From NCBI GenBank assembly GCA_965112155.1, contig OZ218105.1: a stretch of DNA of 64,000 nt; one strand, 5' to 3'. The stretch comes from Podarcis liolepis. Its lineage: Eukaryota. Below the pieces are notes generated by a model. That model had not been told where the DNA came from. It did no database searches and worked only from the letters and a program-made list of their open reading frames with translations. Shown one piece after another: positions 27,701 to 40,437 of the stretch (within the stretch, counting starts at the first letter, position 1; the number at the start of each line of letters is the position of its first letter). The position numbers and the translations under genes were made by a program.

Positions 27701-29655
27701 TCGATCAACTTCTGTGTTACACATAATACAAGATATAGCACTTTCAAAAAGAAAACCTAAATCTTATAAAAGAGAATTTCTTACAGGTTATGCTTTCTAT
27801 TATTAAAAAAAACTTTTATTATAATTTTTCAAGTGCCATTAGATGACATACGTGGGCCTTTTGGTATAATGCTTTGGGTACAGAATGGTAAACATTGTAA
27901 CTTTTAACAGGTACATCTTAAAAGTGTTTTTGTATCAATTTGCTATATTGCACAAAACCAGTGTGTCTTTTTAAAGGGTTTTACAGTGGATTCCTAGGTT
28001 TACATGTTTCTACTGCAGTCTTCTACTGCCATTTCATACCAGTCCAAAAATTGAATAGTCAACAATAGTTAAGTGTATACTCTGAAATCTTAGAGGTTGC
28101 AGTCATGTGCCCACTAATGCTAAGTCCCATACATTTCAGTGGGAATTACATGTGTGAAATTAGGCACAGGAGCACAGCCTTATAGCTCAATCCTATGTGT
28201 ATTTTACTTGGAAGACCCACTGAATTCAATGGAATTTACTTCCAAGTAAGTGTGTGTAGGATTGTAACCTTCAGAACATTTAAGATGCAGTATTGGATAG
28301 ATATGTCCTACCATAGCTATGCTGCTGCTGGAATTCAACATAGGGTTGATCCTGTGCCTTTTAGTATAAAGAGAAGACTTAAGCTCTTAATTATTTGTCT
28401 CATACACTGGTTTAGCAGCTTAAAATAACGTGCCTCTTAGTAATAAAGTCTATACATTGTTTGCTATGAAGTATGCCATGTAGGTTCAGCTGCCTATCTG
28501 CATTCTGTCATATTACAATGAAAACAGCCACTTATTTGATACTATAGAGGAAGACAATTTAAAGTGATGTCACAGTAATAAAAAAAGAGTGTTTATAGTC
28601 CCCTAACTCTTAAAGGGGTGGTCATGTGCTGGAAGGCCATGGTTTTTTTTGTAAGTATTTAACCCTAAAATTGACACAGAACTATTGCTAACTGCATGCA
28701 AACACTTTTCAGTATAAGCTTCAGTGGTACAGTTGAACCAGAATGAATGTTTATTTTCTCAGAAACACTCATGCAAATATATTATAGTGGATCATGCTGC
28801 TAATATAACTTGGGATACAACTCCTCTCATGGTGCTACAGACCTCCCTGTCTCATTCAGACTGATGTATTTTTATCCATAGAGAAAGGCCTATACTAGAT
28901 TTATAGATGTATGATATATTTTTATACTGTGACTTAATTTGTCATTAATGAATTTTGTACACCACCATGTATTCATATGCACTTGCAAAAGGAGAAACTT
29001 GGACATGTAAATTTGTACCCAAATGAACCTATTCTCAAAACTAGAAGATGATAGATGAAATGGGGGGGCTTTTGATATGGTGTGAAGTGAAGAACATACT
29101 TGTTTTTAAGAGCCCTTTGAATATTAACAAACTGGGGGGAAATATAAAAAGAATGACACCTGAACCTGACTTGGATTGCTGAAACTTATATTTTTAGATA
29201 GTGAGAAATGTTTGGACTTGTGTGATAAAATGTTTAATGATACAGATTTTGAGTCAAAATAGAAAAATGCATTCCAGACTGAATTTGTGTATTTCATTTA
29301 AAATTACTATCCTGTGATATGGGAAATTGAGTTGCTTATCATGTATATGTACTTTAAAATGTATTCACAAACTACTGTTGTATTTGTATAAAATATAGAC
29401 AAAAGATTGCATATATATTTTTGTGTATAAGCTCTGTAAAATAGCTATCACATTATGAAGCTGCAGCAGAAATTCATTTTAGACATTCATATCCAAAGAA
29501 ACAGACTATTTATTGTCCACATACCCTGATAAAAATATAACTTGCTGCTATTAAACAATAGTGCTGCAGCTTCTTGTGGCCTACAGTGTTATGTTTGCTG
29601 TACAAAAATATGTGAACTCCACAAAATATCAATAAAACAGAATGGTTTTAGTTAT
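24758..29655 (+). other. PLAG1: PLAG1 long 3'UTR (~4.9 kb)
   Basis: AT-rich region after the stop codon, ending near AATAAA 29631-29636 with GT-rich sequence downstream. Contains several miRNA seed matches. PLAG1 is known for a multi-kb 3'UTR. Confidence 0.6.
29631..29636 (+). terminator. Probable PLAG1 polyadenylation signal
   Basis: AATAAA preceded by TGTA elements and followed by GT/T-rich sequence. Confidence 0.55.
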
Positions 29656-32600
29656 GTACAAAATATGCCTGGAATTAAGTATGATGGTGTGTGTGTGTGA
29701 TTATGCAAAAGGCTGTGAACTTAACATATTCCAAGAACCTTTCTTATTTGCAGATAGTAAATTGACAGCTAATGGAAGATTATGGGTACCCTCAGTTCAA
29801 AATTTGGTTATATTACAAGTCTCAAAAATGTCTCTGGCAAAGTAGTGACATCACTCTAAATTTAGGCACTATCAAGATTTTGTGGCTGGAGCTGACAGGT
29901 TTATCTGAACCATTTTCACCATTTTTAAATTCATCATATCATTGGTTAAAATTACTGTTGCTTTAAGTAATTCTTTATAATATGAGTAACTAAACTGTGG
30001 CCCTCTCAGATGCTGTTATACTACAACTTCCATAATCCCTGACCATTGGCCTTGATGACTGAGGTTGATGAGAACTGAGTCCAAAAAATCTGGAGGGTTG
30101 CAAATTAATCACCCATACTTTACAGCATTTGAATTATGCTACAAAACATTACCCTTTTAAATAGATTATGAATCATTTTATAGCAATGGAACCATGCTGT
30201 GCATAGTAATCTTCAAAGCCATAACAGTAGTGTAGCTCATAGGTTTCCTTGGGTGACAAAGTCACAGCTACCTTCCTGAGTGCATTGCCAGAAATGCTTC
30301 CTAAACACAGGTTTTCTGTATAGTGCTTACAGATACCTACTCTTGCAGTTAGTAAGCATGGGACAACAGTTAACATTTAGGCCTGTCTACCTTATTTTTT
30401 GCTAATAGCAACATCCATCTGGTGTGCTGAATGAGGAAACCCAGCAAAGTTCATTACAAAGTTCCTTGTAATGCTTGGTACCATTTCTCAACTTTCTTTC
30501 CTTATCACTGGAATATATATGCCACTGCCTCCTAGCAGAAACAACAGTAGCCACCATTTGCAGTACTGCATTTCTCCAACTAACTATCACAGATACTGTT
30601 CGTGTTGGCTTGCAGCATTTTAATTCCCTATAGAAAGCATGGACTTTTTGAATTGAAATCATATTGACTTTCTCTTTGCAAAGATTATGGTAGAACACCC
30701 ACTCCATACATAATGTAGTACTAAGTCAGGTCTGCGGAGGCTTGCTGTGTAACTTACTTTCTACACTCGTATAGCCATGCATTATACAGGAAGAGAAGTA
30801 GTGGTAGACTACTTCAGCAACTGATCATCTCATTTTAAGAAACAGTTCCCCAGGACACAGCCTGAAAACCATTTGCTCAAATCTGTTAATGTCTGCAAAA
30901 GCTGCATGCTGAAGATACAGGGAAGATGGGAGCTTAGTAGTATAACAAATACGCCGTATGCAGAAGGTCCCATATTCAGTTCCTAGCATCTTTGGATGGA
31001 GTGAAAGAGAGCTGCTGCCAGTGAGTATAGAAAATATTGAGCCAGATGGACCAATGGTCTGACATGGTATATAGCAATTTATGTTGACAAATGGATATAA
31101 CAATCCTTAAAAGATCAGTTTCGCAGGTGAGACTGGAAAGGTGAGTGCTGCTGTCCACCTGTTAATTACATGACACCAGATGATTGGCAGGTGGGCACCA
31201 CTGCCCACCAATCAAAATCCCTTGCAAGGGGTTTCGAAGTGCTAGTGGTCAGATGTTTGGGAACTTGCAGCAGTTTCAAAGCCCTTTTGCTGTTTGCAAA
31301 TGACTTGAAAACATGTTTTAATAGACAGAGTAAACTATATTGTATTTCACCATAGCAAATGTTTAATATAGTACTTATAAACTTTGTTCTCTTTTGTTTT
31401 TGTTTTGGTGGTTCTCACATCACCTGTTGTACAGAGCAGTCCATTTAAAATATTTCTGAATAAAACCTCAGAACTATCCAATGCTTGGATGTAACCATAT
31501 CGAGATGGGGTGGGGTTGTATTCTATCATTCCTAGAATACAAATTTATACATGATTTTTTCATGTCTGATGAAAAGAGTACTAAAATACTGGGGAATCGT
31601 ATAGTTCTTTTAAATGGTTGATTTCATCAATCGGTTTCATCAAAAATTCAAGCCAGACAAAATACAAGGTTGCCCCCTTGTGTAGATACATTGTATCAGT
31701 CTTTTTTGTTAACATTACTAAGCACACAATAAGAAGTCTTAAAGTGACTTGCTCAATACCATTTTTTAACAAACAATGCTTTCAGTATGCTACATATTAT
31801 CTGTATAGGCCACATTTTTTTCAGTAATTTAAGCTTATTTATAATAAGTCCAAATTAGTTAATGCCACTTTTTGTATAAAGTGTTACTTCCTAAAAAATT
31901 TATCCGTTTCTATAACTAAAGTCCCAATTCTTTATTAGCCATCTTTGACATCTGAACTCGTAGCTACTTTCTAACACATTTTCTGCCACTAATAAGTGAA
32001 ATTAAATGTAACTATATAATTTGTCCTAGCTAACTTTTGACTATGACAGCAAGATCTCAGAAGACTCAGGAAGCAAATATCCAGTCTCATTATATACATT
32101 TATATATTATGAACAACATTTTAATACTACCCATTAAATAAGTTCTCTGGTGCACAGAAAAAGCATATATAAGTATAAAAGCACCAGAAACAAAGAGCAC
32201 ATGCTTGTTTTAACTGGAAAGCCTGGAAAATAAAACCTGGCACTGAAAGGGTCTGGTGAGTCTTTCTGGGGAGAACATTCCGCAACTGAGGTATCCCTTC
32301 AAAAGTATCTGCTGCTTACTAGCAACTCATTTTGCCTTATATGGGGGGGGGGGGAGTACACAGAGGAGGGCCTCAGCCTCAGAAAATAATCTCAGGGTCA
32401 GGGCAGATACATATGTGAGGAGATTGGCTTTTCGGAACCTGACCACAAGCCATTTAAAGGTTTAAAGGTTAACACCAGCACTGTGTGTATATTTATATTT
32501 CTCCTTTTATCCATAAAAAGTGCCCCTGGCTATAATATATATTTACAAATACATCAAAAATAGCATTTTTTTAAAGCTATCAATATACATTGGAAGAATT

Positions 32601-35191
32601 TTTTTTCAGCCTGCCTAAAAAACCACAAGAGACCAACCAAACCTCTTCAGAAAGGGAGTTCTGCAAACTCCATGACTTAACGATAAAGACCCTCTGCTGC
32701 AACCCACCTAGCCAAACGTCTGAAAGTTAGAGGATGTGTTGTAAGGCCTCAGATTATGAACGTACTGGACAGGCATGTTCACATGGTAGGAGGCAATCCT
32801 CAAATACAGTGCTCAAAAAAAGCATTCAGAGTTTTTAAAATAATATTGAAAATTTAAGGTGAAGACACACATATTTTTAAAGCAAATTGTCCCCCAACTT
32901 ATATTTGTGTCATAAATTCTTGATGCTTTAAATGCAGGGCTTTTCTTTCTGTTGAATTTCATCTTGCTGGTTTTGGCACAATGTTCCTACCTGTCAACGT
33001 ATTATTAAATCTTGATTCTGATTTTATGGTGTTGGCCACCCCTCCCAGCTTTGTGTCTACAAATTTTAAAAGCATCTCCTCAACACCTTTGAAGTCTTTT
33101 ATATGTCTTTATAAAAAATACTGAATAGCACAGAGCCTAAGAAAGCCCTGTGGAACTCCAGGCTGCTACAGAATATTAAATAAATTTAAGGGGCGGTCAG
33201 TTTTTCAACCAGCTGCAGATCCACCCAACAGTAGTTGTGTCCAGTCCATATTTTACCAGCTTGTCAATGAGGAAATCATAACTTTGTCAACTACTGGCAA
33301 ATGTTTTTGGAATTTTAGTCCAAGAACTTCTGGAGGGCAACAAATTGGCTAATCCTGGTCTATGGCATTGCCATGATCTGGGCAACTAGTAACTGTCAAA
33401 AAATAAAAAGGTGAGGTTGGCTTGAGAACTTTTTGATAAACTCAACCATACATGATAGTAGCCAATTTTACTTTTTCCAGGGGTACCCTTGAACTGCCAA
33501 AAGGATGTCTCAAAGAGAATACAGTTCTAGCCAGTGTACAACTCATCCCAGAATAGCTTTCCTAACGCCTAATAACACCTCTGTATTGCCATATCTAGTC
33601 AATCATTGTACCTAGACATAAACTTTGGAACCTTCACTGCCTTCTTGACATTAGCTGGAAAGGGGAGAGGTGGGTTTCAGCAGCATAGTGTGAGCACCCA
33701 AACCCCAGTGCTTTCAGTATTAAGCCCATTAGCCTTAATTTCATATGCCCATAGAGAAAGATTGGCAGAGAAAGAGAGAAAGATGGGGCAACACACAGAA
33801 AAAGGACCTGATCAGGTGTGTGGTGTCATTCCCAGGTAAGGCAGCCTCCTTTATACAATTCAACAAGGCAGGTTTTGAAGCAGCAAAATACTAATTTATG
33901 TGTACATTTCTAATATGCATGCATTTTGCTTACCATACGTATATATGGTGGGTGAAGAGATTCAGGTGCATTATCCCACAGCCGGGTTGGATTTTTGTTT
34001 ACTCCGCTTATTTCAAAGGAACTCACTCACAACTAAGTGCGCACAAGACTGCAGCATCCTTACAAGAACCCTGTAAGATAGGTCAGCCCTGTTATCCTAT
34101 AATGACAGGTGTAAGGGAAGAAGGGTGACACTGAGGAAATGTGACTCACCCAAGACCACATATTGCAGAAGTGAGAATGACCTAAAGACTTCACAGCACA
34201 CAGCTCACACGCTTAGCTACTACACAGATCGGCTCTGGTAAAAGAACAACTGAATCCTGTGCAACACTCTGGGAGATCTACTGAAATTGCATATTGTCTT
34301 TAAAATGCTGCAATCTTTTGTCTAATTTTTGCCACACATTTCTCTAGCTCTAATTCTGCTTTGGCCTTAGAGAAGCCTCGTGTGATTAAGAAAAAATAAA
34401 ACAAATTGTTACTTAGCAAAGTTGAAAGCAATTTGAAAAGTACAGTACACACAATCTCTTGTCATTTCAAAAGTAACATCAGAAACTGAAACTTATATTC
34501 ATCTATAAAGACCAGGCATTTACTTATGCCTGTGTCATATCACACACAAGTTTAACTTGTGCTCATGCTCATCTGAAAGTCCCAAGTAAGCATTTTGAAT
34601 ATACACAGCTTTGTAGCAGTTGATCTAGAAAATCACAAAATGACACCTAAATTGTGTCATCATCCCACAATTATATTTGTTGCTCATGGTGTGGTGAAAT
34701 CTGCATGGAGCAACACTTTGTGAAAGAGCCCAATATGAATGTACTTCCTTGGGTGCAGTGTGATAGCAAGGTAAAATTTCTGATTGATAATGAATTCTCT
34801 GTGGCATTTCATAACCTCTCATTCTGATATAATTGCAAGCAATTGCTGAAAAGCAGAGAAGTACTTTCAGTGAAGCAGCTTAAGAAAAAGAATTTTTTAA
34901 AGACGCGGGGGGTTGAAAATGAGGGCTCCTTGTAGGAATGAATCTTAACAAGTTCATAGTAATACTATGGCAAGTTTAAAAAGCTAATTTAAGATCTAGG
35001 GCAAATGACTTAATCTAATCCTGAATACACTTACAAACCTAAGATCAGCCCTACTGGATCATGCTGAAGACCCACAATGGGAGACAACTAGAGCGCAGGT
35101 GGTGGAAAACTCACTCCAAAGCTGACTGAATGCTTATTCAGTCACAGAATGCTACCTGTAAAGCAGCAGTGAAGGCGACAAAAGAGAATTA

Positions 35192-35422
35192 CCGTATTTT
35201 TTCGCTCTATAAGACGCACCAGACCACAAGACGCACCTAGTTTTTGGAGGAGGAAAACAAGAAAAAAAAAGATTCTGAATCTCACAGTGAAAGCAGCAAT
35301 CCCTCTTGCTGTTCTGGCTTCTGTGATAGCTGCACAGCCTGCATTCGCTCCATAAGACGCACACATATTTCCCCTTACTTTTTAGGAGAGAAAAGGTGAG
35401 TCTTATAGAGCAAAAAATATGG
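35192..35422. mobile_element. Tc2/pogo-like MITE
   Basis: TA TSDs; TIRs CCGTATTTTTTCGCTCTATAAGAC / GTCTTATAGAGCAAAAAATATGG. Confidence 0.85.
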
Positions 35423-35875
35423 TACTTTGCCGCCTCTATTGCATCCTCAAAGAGCTGTCTGGCAGAGTTGTTTTGGATAGTCCAAAGACTGATCATTACC
35501 AGAAGTGGTAGACGGACCTCTGGAGCACTCAGCAGCATGCTGTGATCAGTTTTCACAGCACTTTGAGGATAAAGTAACTCAGCTCCATAGTGCCTTGGGT
35601 GTCACCGTCATTGCAGTTCCACTTGAGGTGTTATATACAATTCCCATGCTCTGCGGGATCAGTTTCAATTTACGTGGCCCAATGATTTGGACAAGACTCT
35701 TACAAAGATGTGCTTCTTGCTCTCATGAACCGTGTGCACAACCAGGCTGTGGTGAGTGCATCTTTATGTGATGGAATGATGCCTGCTTCTCTTAAACAAA
35801 TGGCAGTGTGTTCACTCCTAAAGAAGCCCATTCCAGTTCCTATAATTTATAATAACAACCACCCAGCTGCAATTA

Positions 35876-36090
35876 CAGTTGTACCTCGGGTTACAGACGC
35901 TTCAGGTTACAGACTCCGCTAACCCAGAAATTGTACCTCGGGTTAAGAACTTTGCTTCAGGATGAGAACAGAAATCGTGCGGCGGCAGCGGGAGGCCCCA
36001 TTAGCTGAAGTGGTGCTTCAGGTTAAAAACAGTTTCAGATTAAGAACGGACCTCCGGAACAAATTAAGTACATAACCAGAGGGACCACTG
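35876..36090. mobile_element. Tigger/pogo-like MITE (same family as 55141-55355)
   Basis: TA TSDs; TIRs CAGTTGTACCTC / GAGGGACCACTG; high identity to the second copy. Confidence 0.85.
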
Positions 36091-36859
36091 TACCCCTTTT
36101 GGGGACAAGGTGGTGGAGAGAATAATGGCTGAGCAGTTGCAGAAGTTCCTGGGGGATACAGATTATTTAGATCCACCTCAATCTGGTTTCAGGCACAATT
36201 TTGGGACTGAATCAATATTGATTGCTACTGGGTACCAGTTGCTGGAAACCACAGGTGAGCAAAATGCTGTTGCACTCATTTCTGGCTTGCAGGCATCTGG
36301 CTGGCCACTGCGAGAACAGGATGCTAGATTAGATGGGCCATTAGCTGATTCAGCAGGCTCTTAGGTTTTTATGCTCAGAGCCATATAGCTTCGCAAGGTT
36401 GCAACTTTTCTCTGAGAAAGCCCTTCTGTCTTGAATGTGCTGAACAACGGGCAGAAATTTAAGTTATGACTCTTCCTAGCATCAAGAGTACAGTGCCTAT
36501 TGAATTTCTACCTGTCATTCAGTTGTTAAACTCCACTAGAAGTTGCTCTATTTAGCTACAGCCTTCAAATGCAATACAAAGGACCAGAACAGCATTAGAA
36601 CCTGACATAAAATCCAAATTAAATATTTCTAGCAAGTGTACTTAGGAATAAGCCTTTCATGATTTCCATGAATGGAAGGCTTGTCACTAAAATCACTTAG
36701 TAGGAATAATTTGTACTGAACTCAGTGAGACTTACTGCTAAGTAAACATGTTTAGGATGTTTAGCATTGTGCTGTAAGTATGTTTAGGATTAGGACTGCA
36801 ATATCAATTCCCTTTACAGGCTAAAGTTACTAGAGTAATTATTAAAATTGGAATCATCT

Positions 36860-36910
36860 GAAGCTGATTGGAGTTTGTCATGTGAGATTAAATGCAGCTA
36901 TTTATGAGAA
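36860..36910 (+). promoter_or_regulatory. Putative MOS proximal promoter (inverted CCAAT, CATGTG E-box, TATA-like TATTTAT)
   Basis: GCTGATTGG ~36863-36871, TCATGTGA 36878-36885 and TATTTAT 36899-36905, about 110-150 nt upstream of the ATG. Confidence 0.4.
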
Positions 36911-37013
36911 GGAAACATGAACTTGGAGGCAAAAGGAGAACAAAGTCAAGAAAACCTACTTAATCCTTTCTCTTGGAAGAAACTGTGTTGCCTAACCTCC
37001 TTTTGAAATAATT

Positions 37014-38033
37014 ATGCCATCCCCTCTTCCACATAGTCGTCTTCTCCATCTGGAATTTTCTCCATCTGTGGAAACACGACCCTGTAGTAGTCCCTTGGTG
37101 TTTCCTGCCAAACGTGAAAAGTTGGGGGAAGGTCCGTTGCCTAGGGCTCGTCGGCTACCCTCTCGTGTAGCTTGGTGTTCTATAGACTGGGATCAGTTGT
37201 GCCTGCTGCACCCCCTAGGCTCTGGTGGCTTTGGTTCTGTCTACAAGGCTACATACCATGGAGCTACAGTGGCTGTAAAGCAGGTAAAAAAATGCAGTAA
37301 GAACCGTTTGGCATCACGGCAGAGCTTCTGGGCAGAACTAAATGCAGCACGCCTTGATCACAAAAATGTGGTGCGTATAGTAGCTGCTAGCACATGTGCC
37401 CCTGGCAATCAGGATAGTTTGGGCACCATAATAATGGAGTATGTAGGAAATAGGACTCTGGACCATGTTATCTATGGGACTGGCTGTATAACAGCTAAAA
37501 AGAAAGATGATCAGCTGAGTATAGCTCAGTGTCTGGGCTACTCCTGTGACATTATGGCAGGCTTAGTGTTTCTCCATTCACATTTGATTGTGCATCTGGA
37601 TTTGAAACCTGCCAACATATTCATCACTGAACACAATGTTTGCAAGATTGGAGACTTTGGATGTTCCCAAAAGCTACAGAATGCTGCATCTGACCCACAA
37701 CTTTGTCAACAAGGGGGAACATACACCCACCGTGCTCCTGAACTCCTTAAAGGTGAGCGAGTCAACCCCAAGGCAGACATCTACTCTTTTGCCATCACCC
37801 TCTGGCAAATGGTTACACAGCAAGAGCCTTATTCGGGTGAGCGCCAGTATGTACTCTACTCTGTTGTAGCTTATAACCTGCGCCCTTCTCTGACTGCAGC
37901 TGTGTTTAGAGAATCAACCACTGGCCAAAAGCTTGAAAATATAATTGGAAGCTGTTGGAGAGCTGATGTAGCAGAGCGTCCTAGTGCAGAACTTCTCCTT
38001 CACAATCTTCAGTCCCTGTCTCTAATAGTATAA
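37014..38033 (+). CDS. MOS: Proto-oncogene serine/threonine kinase Mos (intronless, 339 aa)
   Basis: MPSP N-terminus, [70 protein letters not shown]. Single uninterrupted ORF between PLAG1 and RPS20. Confidence 0.98.
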   Translation: MPSPLPHSRLLHLEFSPSVETRPCSSPLVFPAKREKLGEGPLPRARRLPSRVAWCSIDWDQLCLLHPLGSGGFGSVYKATYHGATVAVKQVKKCSKNRLASRQSFWAELNAARLDHKNVVRIVAASTCAPGNQDSLGTIIMEYVGNRTLDHVIYGTGCITAKKKDDQLSIAQCLGYSCDIMAGLVFLHSHLIVHLDLKPANIFITEHNVCKIGDFGCSQKLQNAASDPQLCQQGGTYTHRAPELLKGERVNPKADIYSFAITLWQMVTQQEPYSGERQYVLYSVVAYNLRPSLTAAVFRESTTGQKLENIIGSCWRADVAERPSAELLLHNLQSLSLIV

Positions 38034-38057
38034 AAGACCTTGTCTTGTCCCTCTTCA

Positions 38058-38175
38058 TTTTTATTGTTGATCATCTCTTGCTAAGTTTGTGTATCTTATT
38101 GCTCTGATTCTTCTCTGCATGCAAAAGAAGTTTAAAAATATATATGTTGCTGGTGGTCAATTTTCTATAAATAAA
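38058..38175 (+). promoter_or_regulatory. MOS 3'UTR cytoplasmic polyadenylation element and polyA hexamer
   Basis: TTTTTAT (CPE) at 38058-38064 and AATAAA at 38170-38175 in a ~150-nt 3'UTR. Mos mRNA is the classical CPEB-regulated oocyte mRNA. Confidence 0.7.
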
Positions 38176-39337
38176 GTTCATTACAGGAAATTACTAGTAG
38201 GTTTGATGGTGTTCAGAGAATGCTATTAGCTGTATTTGACGGTGCTCAGAGACTGCTATTAGCTGTATTCAGTTTATTATTTTGTCCTAAGCATCTGAAT
38301 AGGTTAAATATGCCCAAAATCTGAGACTTGGTTGCTATCCTAGGCACACTTTGGTGGGAATTGGGTCCATTGAAGATAATGGAGCTTCCTAATAGGAATG
38401 CATACCAAGAAAAATGTAACAATTGTCATACTCCCAGTGTCATATATCAAACTAGTATTGCACAAAGGGGGGGGGGTAACTGTGATTTTTATTTTATTCT
38501 CTTTGAAAATAGTGATATATCTGTGCATTGAGCTACAAATAAGTTATATAATTTCTTTCCTTGTTTTAAATATTTGCTAAGCCACAGAGACATGATTTCA
38601 ATGGTCAAAATAGGCTCACAAACAAGGTATCAGTATGTGTAACATATCCATGCATTTTTTGGGGAACTGATAAGAATGATGAATAATAGATTGGCCTGCT
38701 ATTTTGTCTCCAGTTCAGATAAACCATCCAGCTGTCCATCACCAGGTGGTACAGTTTATGAAGATACTTTCTTAACTATACCTAGATAGCAAAAGGCTTG
38801 ACAAAAGAGAGACTGATCCTTGATGGGCAAATACAACTGTAGTTCACAAGCAGTCATTTAAAGGTCATAAATGTAAGAGTATGTTAAGTTTAACTATCTA
38901 GTGATTGCTTTTAAAGTGTGTCCAGACACAATAGAGAACAGGACCCTGCACCTTTAACAGTAGTGTAGAAGTCGGAATTTCAGCAGGTGTAGCTTGTCCT
39001 GAATCTAGCCACCCTAGAATGAATACTCAAGCATTATTCCAGAGTGAATACTCAAGCATTATTCTCCCAGATTAGTATTGTTTGGAAAAGAAAAAGAATG
39101 ATCTTGGATTGTTTCCATGCTTTGTGCCCCTATGTGAATTACAAGCATTCTGAAAATAATAAAACCTTATTTGTGGTCTTGGGGAAACCAAGAGCAACAC
39201 AAAATAGTTAAGTTCTAACAATGGTACTGCAAAAAGATTTGGATATGTATTCATAACAATGTACTTTTAATATGTGGTGTGTGAGTTATGCTGCAAGCAA
39301 TCCTCTGATCTTTGGGTGAAGCGTGGTATATTAATTA

Positions 39338-39478
39338 AATAATAATAATTTATTATTTATACCCCGCCCATCTGGCTGGGCTTCCCCAGCCACTCTGGGC
39401 GGCTTCCAACAAAATATTAAAATACAGTAATGCATCAAACATTAAAAGCTTCCCTAAACAGGGCTGCTTTCAGATGCC
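39338..39478 (-). mobile_element. L2-type LINE 3' tail
   Basis: Reverse complement of the ~14120-14260 tail. Confidence 0.75.
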
Positions 39479-40377
39479 CCATTGATAATGAAGCAGGAGA
39501 CTGGAGGACTGTGATAGTTTTCTAACTGACTCTAAAGATATGGTGAAATCCTTGCTATTTTATTGCAACACCCTCTCAGATGACCTTTGAATTATGGATA
39601 ATGATTTGTTTAATTTTACTTCCATGCAAATGTCAATGTTCCCATTTTGGTTGTTGCAAGTCTTCTCCTACCTTGTTCTTAAATGTTTGTGTTTAACATT
39701 TAAGCCTTGCTCTCATATCCAGATTTTCTTTATAAAACACACACACAAAACTTCAATTTTCTTTTATGTTAAGAAGTGCAAGTTGAAGTTTATTATAAAT
39801 CAAAGCTACTTCTGAAAACAGTTTCCCTACCATCCCAATACTCTGGTCACAGTTCAGAGAGCTCTTTTAGGTCACGTATGCACTATGGACTTTGGCTTAT
39901 GGTGATGGTGGGGACGTCCTCTTCTCCTCCCCTCAAGTATTGCAAACTGCTTCAAACAGTCATTCAAACTTCCAAGAGACTTACCCTGTGCTACAATATG
40001 CTGCTGTTTGTGGGGGGTAAATCATATTGATTTCTGTATTATGACTATGGCGGTATTTGTTGATATGAATAGACTGTGGCTTAAGTTACATAAGCTTATA
40101 GGATAGGCTGTTTTAGGAACACAGCTGGGAGCAAATGCAATTCACAATAAGAAAATCTTGTTTCCAGCAGAATCAAGTTTTGCCAAGTTAGTCTGTTTTG
40201 ATTAAGATATAAGGAAGTTTAAAATAGCACTCTCAATTGTATCTATTTAAACAATAATCCAAAATAAGCAGAGTATTTTTAAAAACACAGAACAGCTGCT
40301 GATGCTTCCTGACTTCATGCCTAGAACTCTCTAGCTTTCTTGTTTGGCTGACAGAACGACACTGTTACGACATCTAA

Positions 40378-40380
<3 letters not shown>

Positions 40381-40435
<55 letters not shown>
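40381..40435. repeat. (TA)27 microsatellite
   Basis: Perfect TA dinucleotide run. Confidence 0.98.

Positions 40436-40437
<2 letters not shown>

Larger units (their letters stand above)
35090..36220 (+). mobile_element. Decayed L2-type LINE ORF2 fragment carrying two MITE insertions
   Basis: Peptides DQFSQHFEDKV, MPASLKQMAVCSLLKKP, ERIMAEQLQKFLGDTDYLDPPQSGFRHNFGTES. Confidence 0.75.
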
